Below the pieces are notes generated by a model that had not been told where the DNA came from, searched no databases, and worked only from the letters and a program-made list of their open reading frames with translations. The translations under genes were made by a program, and so were the position numbers. Shown here in pieces: positions 30,001 to 38,547 of a stretch of DNA of 64,000 bases; position 1 is the stretch's first letter; each line of letters starts with the position of its first letter. The DNA is taken from the sequence record KY499642.1. One strand, written 5' to 3'.

Positions 30001-31165
30001 AGTAGCGCTTGCACCGGGCACATTGTACGATGACGATAAACGTGCAAACTTTATCGGTATCCAGCATGGTTCTGGTATGGCGGCTAACGGTTACGAAGCA
30101 CCATGTTTCCGTACAGGTTACGAGAAGCTGGTTGCACACCGTACGGGTTCTACTCAAGCGGTTGTTGCCGATTACGACGGTAAGGTACTGTCTGTTGATG
30201 AGTTTGGTATTACAGTTGAATACGACGGTAAACCAAAAGTTGTTAAATCATACCCGATTGGTAAAACATTCGGTAAACACGAGGGTGCTGTATTCCCTCA
30301 TGAATTGGTGGCTAACGTTAAGAAAGGACAGAAGTTCCCGAAAGGCGCTGTTCTGACTTACAACAAGAAGTTCTTTGAACCTGACATTTTCAACCCTGAG
30401 CAAGTGAACTGGAAGTTAGGTGTGTATGCAAACGTAGTATTGTTGGAGGGCGTAGATACATTGGAAGACTCCAGTGCAATCTCTCCATGGCTATCTGAAA
30501 AGCTGCGCGCACAAACAACCAAAGTGAAGAACATCTCTGTACGATTCGACCAAGCCGTGCACAGTTTGGTTAATCTAGGTGATGAACTTAACCCTGACGA
30601 TCACCTCTGTCTAATCGAGGATGGTCTAACCGCAGGTAACCAAGGTTTCAGCTCTGACTCTATTGAGACACTGAAGCGTTTGGCATCACAAGCCCCTCAG
30701 GCGAAAGTACAAGGTCGTGTTGACCGTATTGAAGTATTCTACAACGGCGACTTCGAAGACATGTCTGAATCTGTTCTAGACATTGTTAAGAAAGCCGACC
30801 GTCGACGTAAGAAAGAAGCGAAAGCATCCCCAATCGAGCTAGCCGAGACGGGTCGCGTCGACTCAACCTTGCGTATCGATGGTAATCCTGTAGAACTTGA
30901 CACTATGGTCATTCGCGTATATCTGACTCAAGATGTTGCAGCCGTAGGTGGTGACAAAGCGGTATTCGCTAACCAGATGAAGACGACATTCCGTCGTGTG
31001 ATGGTTGGTCGTAATGAAACAGCTTCTGGTCTACCTCTACATGCAATCTTCGGTAAGAAATCTATCGATGACCGTATCGTACTCTCAGTGTATCAAATCG
31101 GCACAACCGTAATGATTTGTGACTTGATGCATCAGAAGTGTCAGGAAATCTTAAAAGCCGCATAA
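27011..31165 (+). CDS. rpoB: Virion RNA polymerase beta subunit, large fragment (phiKZ gp178-like)
   Basis: 1384 aa; GGRS, DDDKRANFIGIQH, LEDSSAIS and GGDKAVFANQMK are beta-type motifs. Confidence 0.9.
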   Translation: MMLLRNFNRQATVIRLEQFGMPKVAPYSRLELPRGSILHYIPTSGISEMGPPQTLPMLENSEKLIQVNHITQLSDNNLMGRPKRIEKAINREIMHYHRINKKLRRMHNETMIERDDKTLLVENYAPIRNLYRYPQTLMSWYERFHNLLSTMVDQLGRDADKYERQNYLLLTIPDTLPAKAKLRRAEKRRDNITLDDMRDENALFFLELWTWLGINRSSSLFASLTEAQLRRINIILQFNGKFVNLNLGELNFWRKGDSMGGKVTPEQMQKRLYKTVISLAQAALDTPVEATVELEEELEKDMSGSEVMELVDRSDADEDAGDLDIDDEIAKFDKEEDIDEDEDFEIIKQEESSSNDVTLEEPITVDSGVGKACEKFIEAGTLSSKEYQRILEKSETYKSIDNPFGEGTLADMLEVKPEEVAIEEEVLMDDPTIIDKGMAKNTTRQFNRKYIDKVLPKDIVSNVVSVQRAGVVVEDYRVEKVIDAANRLQVHSLKLTPVKGRTTTIRFTTPLLDEDGYWTANDIRYTMRKQRVDLPIRKTAPDTVALTTFYGKNFVQRSQNQTANWSGWLTDQIVANGLSTDNATLRDLKFSNVFDPSVKLPRDYTVIAKRLSGFTAGSVVYNFDVSKIDSFFDANEIKDLKKQSLTPVGKSKGATYGMDPYSVIYKKTATGIEEIGRMTEVLGIDTEKAPKEFTELSMMGKSIPLAIIFAYYLGIENMLREFKVSYRTADASERIPKDEGDMVLTMKDSKLVLTFDNSEQELIFQGFKSYLKLMRDYTLHDFNQKDVYLNLIQKDGLSVRYLNELDLMEAMFVDPTSERLLKKMGEPTHFKGLLKRANELVTLDNHKPETDMDEMHIYGYQRIAGAVYTGLVRGIRDYNNRPGSNKKIDIPSSEIWSSIAQDPAVMPASDANPIQSVKEADVVTFGGNGGRSRRSMVKRTRQFLESDLGVISGDTVDSGDVGITSYMSANPIFDTLDGTVKDVPRTGLETAQYISSTVALAPGTLYDDDKRANFIGIQHGSGMAANGYEAPCFRTGYEKLVAHRTGSTQAVVADYDGKVLSVDEFGITVEYDGKPKVVKSYPIGKTFGKHEGAVFPHELVANVKKGQKFPKGAVLTYNKKFFEPDIFNPEQVNWKLGVYANVVLLEGVDTLEDSSAISPWLSEKLRAQTTKVKNISVRFDQAVHSLVNLGDELNPDDHLCLIEDGLTAGNQGFSSDSIETLKRLASQAPQAKVQGRVDRIEVFYNGDFEDMSESVLDIVKKADRRRKKEAKASPIELAETGRVDSTLRIDGNPVELDTMVIRVYLTQDVAAVGGDKAVFANQMKTTFRRVMVGRNETASGLPLHAIFGKKSIDDRIVLSVYQIGTTVMICDLMHQKCQEILKAA

Positions 31166-31211
31166 CTCAGGTGAGGGTCGCTCCCTCACCTAACTAACTC
31201 CGGAGTTTACA

Positions 31212-31406
31212 ATGGAAAAATCACAATCACGTCGTAACTTGGTTACGGCTGCTAACGCAACTGAGTTAGCGACTCGCACCATCATGAAAGTCATGGGTCA
31301 CGACTGTGCCAAGACAATGGGTGGTCAGAAAATCACACGTCAGCTTGTTGCAGACAGCGTTGCTGCTAAGCTTGGTTCACACGTTAACGATAGCGTTCGA
31401 GGTTAA
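31212..31406 (+). CDS. Hypothetical protein (64 aa)
   Basis: SD ggag; fills the gap between beta and the next gene. Confidence 0.65.
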   Translation: MEKSQSRRNLVTAANATELATRTIMKVMGHDCAKTMGGQKITRQLVADSVAAKLGSHVNDSVRG

Positions 31407-31408
31407 TC

Positions 31409-32866
31409 ATGATCAGCAGAGAAACACTTAATGCGATTTATCCAATCGTAGAGAAACTGGACGCAACGTCACACTTGCTTATCCCAAGTGAAGTGTCTCC
31501 GGTATTTGCACTAAACGAAGCGGCGATTACACCAATCGTTGACATGCATGAAGGTGAGACTGGATTCGAAGAAGCGTGGCTTGAGTCACTTCAACGCTCT
31601 CCAGTTCTTGGCGCTATTGGTGCTAACGAAACAGAAACGGATGCAGGCACTCAGGTTACTATCAACCTGTCTGTCTACTCACGCACTCTTGATGAAGGTG
31701 CTGAGATGTTGGCCATGTCTGTACGTAATGCGATGAAGCACGCACGTACGGTAGCATCACCAACAGTAGGTAATGTCATCGACATGATGAACGAGTACAT
31801 GGAAGACGTCACCGTCGTCCCTGAACCGTATGAAATCGTTGACGTCGCGTTGGCTCCAGTATGGGACAACCCTGTTGTACAATCGGCGTTGGATAAACAC
31901 GTGACTAAGATTCGTTCTATGGATCGTGCCTCTATCCGTCGTATCGAAGCGCCTGAAGACTTGGACAATCACTTGATTACAGGTGCTGCGGCATTTGACC
32001 AAGCGTTCCAAGAATCGCTACGTGATGCAGGTCTAACTGCACGTGAAGTATTCGACTACCTATTCAATGACAGCAAAGCGTTGTCAGGTGTTGAGTACCC
32101 GTTCTACAAAACACGTAACAAAACCATCATTGCTTACTTAATGGCAAGCATCCTACTGGACAAGCCTGTGGCTAACTCCGGTATGGACGGACTTCAGTGG
32201 GAAACTACGCTACAGTCCATGGTGAACGTTCTTGGTGAAGGCTGTAACTTCATCTACCAAGCACACCAGTCTGACATTGACGCGAACGTGTTGCATTACG
32301 ACACAGACATCGTTAACGGTAAGGTTTACCTGAACTCTGCCATTTACGAAAAGTGGTTGAATGCAGGTGGTACGCCTGAAGTTATCTTCGGCGCTGTGAT
32401 GAACCAACAGAACAACCCATCGGAAATGCTGTCTTACTCTTCTACTCTGGAGCGTAAAGACATCCTGATGAACGTGTGGAATAACTACCACTCATCGAAA
32501 CGTATCTTGGAAGACAACAAACGTCTAGACAAGATCAAGAACGGCCTGTTCGCATGTCTTGTTAAAACCGTCGACGAGATGGATAAAGAAGACCTGCCTG
32601 AGCTGGCGGTTAAAGAGAACTTGATTAGTCGTGCTAAAGAGCACGTCGCTCAAGTAAACAACCACCACATCAACGACATGGGCAAACTGTGTATGGACAT
32701 TACGTGTGACGTACTGTTCTACCACACACCTGCTAAGTACCTTCTAAACCGCATCTCTGACCGCTGTGAAGAAGGCATGTCTACAGACGAAGCTGCAACT
32801 GCCGTCATGATGGAATACGTCACTGACTGGATTGCGCTAGGTCTGGGCGTTGTAAAACAAGGGTAA
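31409..32866 (+). CDS. Conserved virion-associated protein (phiKZ gp177-like position), 485 aa
   Basis: Synteny between vRNAP beta and the protease; SD gagg. Confidence 0.6.
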   Translation: MISRETLNAIYPIVEKLDATSHLLIPSEVSPVFALNEAAITPIVDMHEGETGFEEAWLESLQRSPVLGAIGANETETDAGTQVTINLSVYSRTLDEGAEMLAMSVRNAMKHARTVASPTVGNVIDMMNEYMEDVTVVPEPYEIVDVALAPVWDNPVVQSALDKHVTKIRSMDRASIRRIEAPEDLDNHLITGAAAFDQAFQESLRDAGLTAREVFDYLFNDSKALSGVEYPFYKTRNKTIIAYLMASILLDKPVANSGMDGLQWETTLQSMVNVLGEGCNFIYQAHQSDIDANVLHYDTDIVNGKVYLNSAIYEKWLNAGGTPEVIFGAVMNQQNNPSEMLSYSSTLERKDILMNVWNNYHSSKRILEDNKRLDKIKNGLFACLVKTVDEMDKEDLPELAVKENLISRAKEHVAQVNNHHINDMGKLCMDITCDVLFYHTPAKYLLNRISDRCEEGMSTDEAATAVMMEYVTDWIALGLGVVKQG

Positions 32867-32872
32867 TAAACA

Positions 32873-33595
32873 ATGGACATCTCTAAACTAAAACGAAACC
32901 CGACCAAGGTTCACGATACGCTGTTCGAAAATAAAGAACATCAGCTTATCACTAAAACTGGCTGTAAGATTGTTATTCCAGCATCTTACACAAGTAAAGG
33001 GCTGGCGGTCATTTCCAGTGAGGTGTCCATCCTTGGGATATTCGCGATGATTATAGACGGAGGCTTTTACTCCGTCTCTCGTTCAACTTCAATGATGACT
33101 ATCGTACCAACTCAAATTGACAACGAGAACATTAATGACGTTGAACATCTCGTATTTACCTTTGCTCCCGGCAGTGTAGTAATTAAAAACACCATGCTGG
33201 TGAAAAACAAGAAGCTGGTAAACAACATCATGGACTACTTCGTCGACTACGGTCACAGTCCTTGGTTTATCAGTTACGTTGACCACGCCGAGTTGTTTGC
33301 ACATTCGAAGTATTTCAATGACATTAAACTTGGCCAATCGCAAGCGGTACTGGATGTAATCACTGCCCACGTTTCACGTAATCCCAAGAAATTCGATGAA
33401 TATTACCGTCACGGCATTAAAGAGTCTTCAGAGATTTGGCGACAGCCTACCTTTATTGCTACGCGAGATATCGCGAACAACACCACTTCCAACTTAGCAC
33501 GTATTAACGGTTCGGAACTACAGCGCGCATTGAAAGCATCGCTATTGTCACAGCCGTCACGTGCAGAGCCACTAGAACAACACTTCATTGAATAG
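32873..33595 (+). CDS. Conserved protein (phiKZ gp176-like position), 240 aa
   Basis: Synteny immediately upstream of the prohead protease. Confidence 0.6.
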   Translation: MDISKLKRNPTKVHDTLFENKEHQLITKTGCKIVIPASYTSKGLAVISSEVSILGIFAMIIDGGFYSVSRSTSMMTIVPTQIDNENINDVEHLVFTFAPGSVVIKNTMLVKNKKLVNNIMDYFVDYGHSPWFISYVDHAELFAHSKYFNDIKLGQSQAVLDVITAHVSRNPKKFDEYYRHGIKESSEIWRQPTFIATRDIANNTTSNLARINGSELQRALKASLLSQPSRAEPLEQHFIE

Positions 33596-33605
33596 CAGGT
33601 AACTC

Positions 33606-34391
33606 ATGAGCAGTTTAAAATACGCCTGTACAGCTCTTGTCGGTACCAACAAGGGTGGCGTACTCAAACCAGATGAGAACGGTTACTACCGAATGATCCT
33701 CGGTGCGTTCAACATCTACAACAGCGCTGGACTGTGGTACAACTACGAAACCAGTAAGCACATCTTTGACTCTTCTTCTTCATTCATGCGTCGTATGTCT
33801 GCGGGTAACCTTTACTCTGAAGAAGACCATCCGCAATGGAAAGATGGCCAACCTCTTGATATGTACGTAGCACGTATCAAGCGTATCGAACCTAAGAACA
33901 TCTGTGCACACATTCGTGACATTGAAGTTGTTCCGGGCGATATGAACAAAGACGGTTCACAAGTGATGCTGATTTACGGATCAGTTAAGCCTGACCGTGA
34001 ACGCGGTAAATTCCTGAAAGAAGCACTGGACAACCCTGACCAGAATGTTTGTTTCTCACTCCGTGCACTATGTGATGATAAATACATCAACGGACGTATT
34101 GAGCGTACCATCACCGAATTCATTACTTTCGACTGGGTTGTTGAGCCGGGCTTACATGTGGCACATAAATACAACGCACCGGGTCTTGAATCCTTTGCAT
34201 GTGAATCTCGCGAAGAGATGCCTATTCCTATTGAGGCGATTGAATCTCTGATTGCGAAGAAGGCACAAATGCAAGCTCAGGGTATCGGTCTAGAATCCGA
34301 TGAAGACTACACGCGTCTTCAAGAGATTGTTGATCAGCACAAAACTCCTAAGACTTCAATGATTGCTAAACCAGCCGCCATGAAGTGGTAA
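33606..34391 (+). CDS. Prohead (head maturation) serine protease, phiKZ gp175-like
   Basis: GAFNIYNSAG, LYSEEDHP, CFSLR and ITFDWVVEPG fit the HK97/phiKZ protease pattern; C-terminal GLES..E autocleavage-type sites. Confidence 0.85.
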   Translation: MSSLKYACTALVGTNKGGVLKPDENGYYRMILGAFNIYNSAGLWYNYETSKHIFDSSSSFMRRMSAGNLYSEEDHPQWKDGQPLDMYVARIKRIEPKNICAHIRDIEVVPGDMNKDGSQVMLIYGSVKPDRERGKFLKEALDNPDQNVCFSLRALCDDKYINGRIERTITEFITFDWVVEPGLHVAHKYNAPGLESFACESREEMPIPIEAIESLIAKKAQMQAQGIGLESDEDYTRLQEIVDQHKTPKTSMIAKPAAMKW

Positions 34392-34400
34392 GGAGTACAT

Positions 34401-35093
34401 GTGTCTAGATTAACGACTTGGATTGGAAACCAGAATCCAAAGGTTGCGAAGTCAATGACTCCAATCAAGGACGTGGACTTTCTCCATATCTCAACGAACG
34501 GTAATCTAAGAAACATGGTTCCCCGCATTGGTCATCGCCAATTGAAAGATGAAGACCGCACTATCCCACGTATCTGCGGATGTGAAAACATCAAAGGCTG
34601 TATCTTGGGTCACAGTGCGGTTTATCACATGATCACCAATGGTGAATCTTTCGATGGCAGTACATGGCACGATGGCGAAGTTCCCGTGTTCCATATTTAC
34701 CGTGCTAACGTAGATGAGTTTGTACGTCCAACGAAAAAGCTTGTCCCTGATGTAACTGTCACTAAGGAGATTTGGGTTGTACCCTTTGCTCCGGAAACAT
34801 GTAACCTTAAGCCTGAAAAGGTTGGGATGCTGTTACCTATTCGTACTGAAGAAGTGACTGAGATGGGTTCGAAGCGTATTGTCAATTCGTTCTATCTGTA
34901 TTGTCGAGTTGCTCTTCAATTAGATGACAGTTACTTAGAAGCGGGTTACTACTCGTTTAGTATGGATGGTGATTTAACACCGTATCCGTATCCGGGTAAG
35001 CCATACAACGTGCAATCCATCTCGAACGGTGAATGGAAAGCAAGGTATTCTGAACTTCAACGCGTTATTAAGGAACGCAAACAAAAAGCATAG
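34401..35093 (+). CDS. Putative ADP-ribosyltransferase-fold protein
   Basis: FLHIST...PRI...RIC...HIY...VPD...TKEIW gives an H-Y-E-like arrangement. The fold call is inference. Confidence 0.4.
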   Translation: MSRLTTWIGNQNPKVAKSMTPIKDVDFLHISTNGNLRNMVPRIGHRQLKDEDRTIPRICGCENIKGCILGHSAVYHMITNGESFDGSTWHDGEVPVFHIYRANVDEFVRPTKKLVPDVTVTKEIWVVPFAPETCNLKPEKVGMLLPIRTEEVTEMGSKRIVNSFYLYCRVALQLDDSYLEAGYYSFSMDGDLTPYPYPGKPYNVQSISNGEWKARYSELQRVIKERKQKA

Positions 35094-35154
35094 CACTCAT
35101 CTGTGTGAAATGTCACGATGCGCAAGTTGGCGGATTAACACAAGAGGTGCGGCT

Positions 35155-35469
35155 ATGACCGAAACACATAATTTTAAAATCCCCCCAACTTTACTTAGAC
35201 TGGGTACAGATGATGTCGAACAGCTGATCATGATTGGATTTGATCGAGAAGTAGTTCGTGATGATATCCAGCATCTAATGGACCTTAGATACCCAACGCG
35301 AAAGCGTGCGGCCAATTCAATGGTACGCTTGGTAATTCCGCATGACCTGCGGATGTTTAATCGAGAAATGGAAATCTTAAGGGACAAAGGTATTAAGAGT
35401 CATTACAAGATGTCTATTCAGTCGGAGTATAGTAGAGGGATCGTAACTATCCGAGTATTTGAGGATTAA
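35155..35469 (+). CDS. Hypothetical protein (104 aa)
   Basis: SD gagg, ATG at 35155. Confidence 0.7.
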   Translation: MTETHNFKIPPTLLRLGTDDVEQLIMIGFDREVVRDDIQHLMDLRYPTRKRAANSMVRLVIPHDLRMFNREMEILRDKGIKSHYKMSIQSEYSRGIVTIRVFED

Positions 35470-35472
35470 CTA

Positions 35473-36000
35473 GTGGAACCGTTGGAATTTTATATTGACC
35501 TTGACGGGTTAGGTACAAACTGGCAGGACTATGTGCTGCAAACACATTTTCCTGAGTTCAATGACATTGAGGACTTGAATCAACATCCTCAACGTGCTGA
35601 ACTGATTCGCGGTGTGTATGAGCGAGAACCACGTCTGTTCCGTAACTTGCCACCGTTGATGAAGTACCAACAGCTGCTTAGTCATTTGACTAAACGCAGA
35701 GTACGTTGGATGATTTTAACCGCTGCTGGTTCAGACCATCCATGCTACCACACTGCACGTGAAGACAAACTGACCTACATTCAACGTCACTTCGGTGTTG
35801 ACAGTAGTAAAGTAATCGTCTCGCGAGCTTCTGAAGATAAGTATCTCTACGCAGGGAAGGGTAAAGTGCTTGTCGACGATTTCGGAAGAAACTGCCGCGA
35901 ATGGGAACAGGCTGGAGGCTCAGCAATTCTTGTTGAGGCTAATGTCTATTGCATAGACGAGTTGATTAAACGTGTAGATAGTCTAATTGATAATGCGTAA
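35473..36000 (+). CDS. HAD-family 5'(3')-deoxyribonucleotidase-like phosphatase
   Basis: FYIDLDG, ILTA, K..Y, LVDDFGRNCREWEQAGG (NT5C-type motifs); GTG start. Confidence 0.8.
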   Translation: MEPLEFYIDLDGLGTNWQDYVLQTHFPEFNDIEDLNQHPQRAELIRGVYEREPRLFRNLPPLMKYQQLLSHLTKRRVRWMILTAAGSDHPCYHTAREDKLTYIQRHFGVDSSKVIVSRASEDKYLYAGKGKVLVDDFGRNCREWEQAGGSAILVEANVYCIDELIKRVDSLIDNA

Positions 36001-36015
36001 CGATATGTGTCAAAG

Positions 36016-36049
36016 GAGCTAGCGCCAAAAGCGCTAGTTCTTTTATTTG
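36016..36049 (+). terminator. Rho-independent terminator
   Basis: ctagcgc-caaaa-gcgctag then a T tract. Confidence 0.8.
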
Positions 36050-36101
36050 TTTTTTTAAACACTTAAGGAATGCTGTGTACAATTCAAATTAAGGAGCAGG
36101 T

Positions 36102-36488
36102 ATGTTCAAGCCGAAAATAGATAAGGCTTCTGTCATTCACCTGAAAGACAGTCAGCTGACATTTGGTAAGGAAAACAGAACTTCACGTTGGTGGGTTCGT
36201 TATGAGGGTCTAGAACAGCCTGTATGGTGTTCTACCGAACAGAAACAGTTAATTGGACTCATTGTACAGCTAACGACTTTAAATGGCTTACGTGCGCTTA
36301 GGCGCAATGTTAGTCCACATGAAAGATATCGTAAAGAAATCATCGAAGGGTTGAATCATGAAATCAATGCCTGCACTCGTCTGATTAACCGTTTAGTTTC
36401 CATCACGGATAATCGAATGGATCAGAAAGTTAAGTTCATCTTCGACTCCACTGACAACATCACCACATTAGACGGATGGGCGGCCTAG
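36102..36488 (+). CDS. Hypothetical protein (128 aa)
   Basis: SD aaggag. Confidence 0.75.
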   Translation: MFKPKIDKASVIHLKDSQLTFGKENRTSRWWVRYEGLEQPVWCSTEQKQLIGLIVQLTTLNGLRALRRNVSPHERYRKEIIEGLNHEINACTRLINRLVSITDNRMDQKVKFIFDSTDNITTLDGWAA

Positions 36489-36506
36489 CCCCATCCTAAG
36501 AATCTT

Positions 36507-36529
36507 CAGGTATATTTCATCTAGGTGAA
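36507..36529 (+). promoter_or_regulatory. Conserved phage promoter motif copy 2
   Basis: caggtatatttcatctaggtgaa. Confidence 0.7.
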
Positions 36530-36623
36530 GAACTGCTATAAAAATACATGGCAGTATATTGTTTGCTGAGAAGAATCAGTAGAACTCACGTTAACGTTAA
36601 AACATCATAAAGGAAAAACTACA

Positions 36624-37061
36624 ATGGCTAAACTAAATGAACAAGCACAAGCAATCTTTGAACGTCTTGGCGATGTTTCTTTCGACAGCAACCACATCCC
36701 ATCTGTGGCTACTCCAAACGCTGTGACTGAAACCATGAAAGAGAAGGCGAAGGTTACTGATGAACAGCTTGACATTCTAGCTAGTGTAATCAGCGACGGT
36801 TCGGCAGCCGTTACTGCGAAACTGGGTGACCCAATGATTCGTCGCATTCAAGACAACGAAGACTTGGCAAATCTGGATTTCGATTTGGACACTCCTATCG
36901 TACAACTAGGTCTGAGCGTATCTCGCCCAACCAAAGAAGACGGTAAAGAACTGACTCGTGAACAATACCGTGCAAACATTGGTGCGCGTGTTACTGTACG
37001 CGGCCTTGACTCAACTAACGCAGTTGCGGACGAACTCGCTAGCATGTGGGAAGGCTTGTAA
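36624..37061 (+). CDS. Hypothetical protein (145 aa), probably highly expressed early gene
   Basis: A-rich leader with SD aagga; strongly biased codon usage; own terminator. Confidence 0.8.
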   Translation: MAKLNEQAQAIFERLGDVSFDSNHIPSVATPNAVTETMKEKAKVTDEQLDILASVISDGSAAVTAKLGDPMIRRIQDNEDLANLDFDLDTPIVQLGLSVSRPTKEDGKELTREQYRANIGARVTVRGLDSTNAVADELASMWEGL

Positions 37062-37073
37062 GTAGCACAACCC

Positions 37074-37110
37074 GACGGCAGGATTACCTGCCGTCATCCA
37101 TTCCTTTTTA
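37074..37110 (+). terminator. Terminator
   Basis: gacggcagg-atta-cctgccgtc, with a T tract about 10 nt later. Confidence 0.7.
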
Positions 37111-37127
37111 TTTCTGGAGATACTCTA

Positions 37128-37406
37128 ATGGCAGAAACAAACGTAGGCGTCTCAGTAGACGTGGCATTCCTAGTACTGACTCTGGTAATGACTGAGAAGT
37201 CGTTAGGCGAGCGTGATGAAACCATGCGCTCAGATATCGTTGATGATATCCAAGAAGAGCTTCAGTGTGATGAAGAAACTGCAAAAGAAAAGTTCGATGA
37301 AGTACACGAACGTGCAGTAAACTCACTAAACGAATTCAGCGACATCTTCGAAGGCGATGTTGACTTTAACGAAATTGGCGAAGAAGGTGAAGAAGATGCC
37401 GAATAA
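37128..37406 (+). CDS. Very acidic small protein (92 aa)
   Basis: SD ggag; 30 D/E versus 6 K/R by count. Confidence 0.75.
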   Translation: MAETNVGVSVDVAFLVLTLVMTEKSLGERDETMRSDIVDDIQEELQCDEETAKEKFDEVHERAVNSLNEFSDIFEGDVDFNEIGEEGEEDAE

Positions 37407-37686
37407 AAATATTGCATTCCTACGTACATCACAGGTAGCGAAAGAAGACGTTTACCGTAAAGTGCCTGCTGAAGTTGAAGGCGAGAAACCAACTGAAGAG
37501 CTGGTCTGTCGCAAAGGTGAAGTGAATCCAGAAACTGCGGTATTCACTGGCCCATGGTACCGTGATGAGTTGGAGAAATGGATTGACCATTCTTACGACA
37601 TGAACGGTGGTGCTAACACTGAATGGAAACTGGTTGAAGAAGAAGATCTTCCTAAAGACTTCAAAGATACCAACATCCTTCAATAA
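37396..37686 (+). CDS. Hypothetical protein (96 aa)
   Basis: ATG at 37396 (MPNKNIAF), overlapping the upstream stop. Confidence 0.75.
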   Translation: MPNKNIAFLRTSQVAKEDVYRKVPAEVEGEKPTEELVCRKGEVNPETAVFTGPWYRDELEKWIDHSYDMNGGANTEWKLVEEEDLPKDFKDTNILQ

Positions 37687-37700
37687 TCAATTCTAAAATC

Positions 37701-37727
37701 GAGGTGGCTTAGGCTACCTCTTTTTTT
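37701..37727 (+). terminator. Rho-independent terminator
   Basis: gaggtggc-ttag-gctacctc then T7. Confidence 0.85.
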
Positions 37728-37740
37728 GTGGGAGTTCAGC

Positions 37741-37938
37741 ATGGAACACTTTTCTAAGATAGATACAACAGTTCTTTATAAATGGGGCGGTGGTCAATAT
37801 GGTTTAGCTGCTATTGGTAAACCTTTAAATGAGAAACGACTTAGCCGTTATCGCGAGAATTCAAAAGACCCTGCACTTAGTCGTTGTAGTAGTGGCGGCA
37901 GTAACGTGTATGCTCCGGGGTCAAAGCTATGGACGTAA
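37741..37938 (+). CDS. GQYG-family small protein A (65 aa)
   Basis: SD gggag, ATG at 37741; LYKWGGGQYGLAAIGKPL. Confidence 0.7.
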   Translation: MEHFSKIDTTVLYKWGGGQYGLAAIGKPLNEKRLSRYRENSKDPALSRCSSGGSNVYAPGSKLWT

Positions 37939-38138
37939 AACTAGATTCTGAAACTAACACAATCTACACCAATGGCCAATACGGTTGTTCAGTCAAAGGT
38001 AAAACAAAGACTGAAGCTGAGATGGATGAGTTCCGTCATTACGGTACAATACGTCCAGAACGTAAAACACATAAATCACATTACTCAAACGACTTTGTGA
38101 TTTTCAGACGGGAGAACCTAGATGGGAAATGCAACTAA
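37929..38138 (+). CDS. GQYG-family small protein B (69 aa)
   Basis: IYTNGQYGCSVKGK; overlaps A and C. Confidence 0.7.
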   Translation: MDVKLDSETNTIYTNGQYGCSVKGKTKTEAEMDEFRHYGTIRPERKTHKSHYSNDFVIFRRENLDGKCN

Positions 38139-38325
38139 GTCAGACATCGAGAAGTCCTTAGACGAAGGTTACCTTTATGCTGCTAAGGTAATTAAGGGTA
38201 ATGGGCAGTATGGTCTTGCGGCAGTAACTCGCGGTAAACCACTGTCGAAAGAATTCATAGATGACCTACGTGAAGAAGTGATCTCCAAACCTCAGCCCAT
38301 TAACTATGAGTTTGGACGTTTCTAA
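38122..38325 (+). CDS. GQYG-family small protein C (67 aa)
   Basis: SD gggag; VIKGNGQYGLAAVTRGKPL. Confidence 0.7.
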   Translation: MGNATKSDIEKSLDEGYLYAAKVIKGNGQYGLAAVTRGKPLSKEFIDDLREEVISKPQPINYEFGRF

Positions 38326-38337
38326 AAGTGGTATCTC

Positions 38338-38547
38338 ATGAATCTACTCGGAAGTACAAAGGTGATGGCGATTTACGTCAAGCATCATGGAGGGCAGTCA
38401 GGAATCTCTTGCTGCTCTAAGGTTCCTACTGGTCAAACAGGTAAGGATGAAATAAAAACAGCAAGAGCTATTCTCAATCGTGAGTTGAAAGGTAAACGTG
38501 GTGACAAGCACGTTGAATTCAACTACGGTGCGTGGAATGGCAGTTGA
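38338..38547 (+). CDS. GQ[S]G-family small protein D (69 aa)
   Basis: IYVKHHGGQSGISCCSK; ends before a terminator. Confidence 0.65.
   Translation: MNLLGSTKVMAIYVKHHGGQSGISCCSKVPTGQTGKDEIKTARAILNRELKGKRGDKHVEFNYGAWNGS

Noticed and set aside
18330-33400. Numerous 60-260 aa antisense or alternative-frame ORFs inside large genes (e.g. 23371..24156, 27508..28101)
   Set aside because: These are shadow ORFs of codon-biased genes, lacking SD sequences and recognisable motifs.
37741-38325. QYG as a DsRed-type fluorescent chromophore
   Set aside because: The proteins are ~65 aa and cannot form the ~230-aa beta-barrel needed for chromophore maturation.
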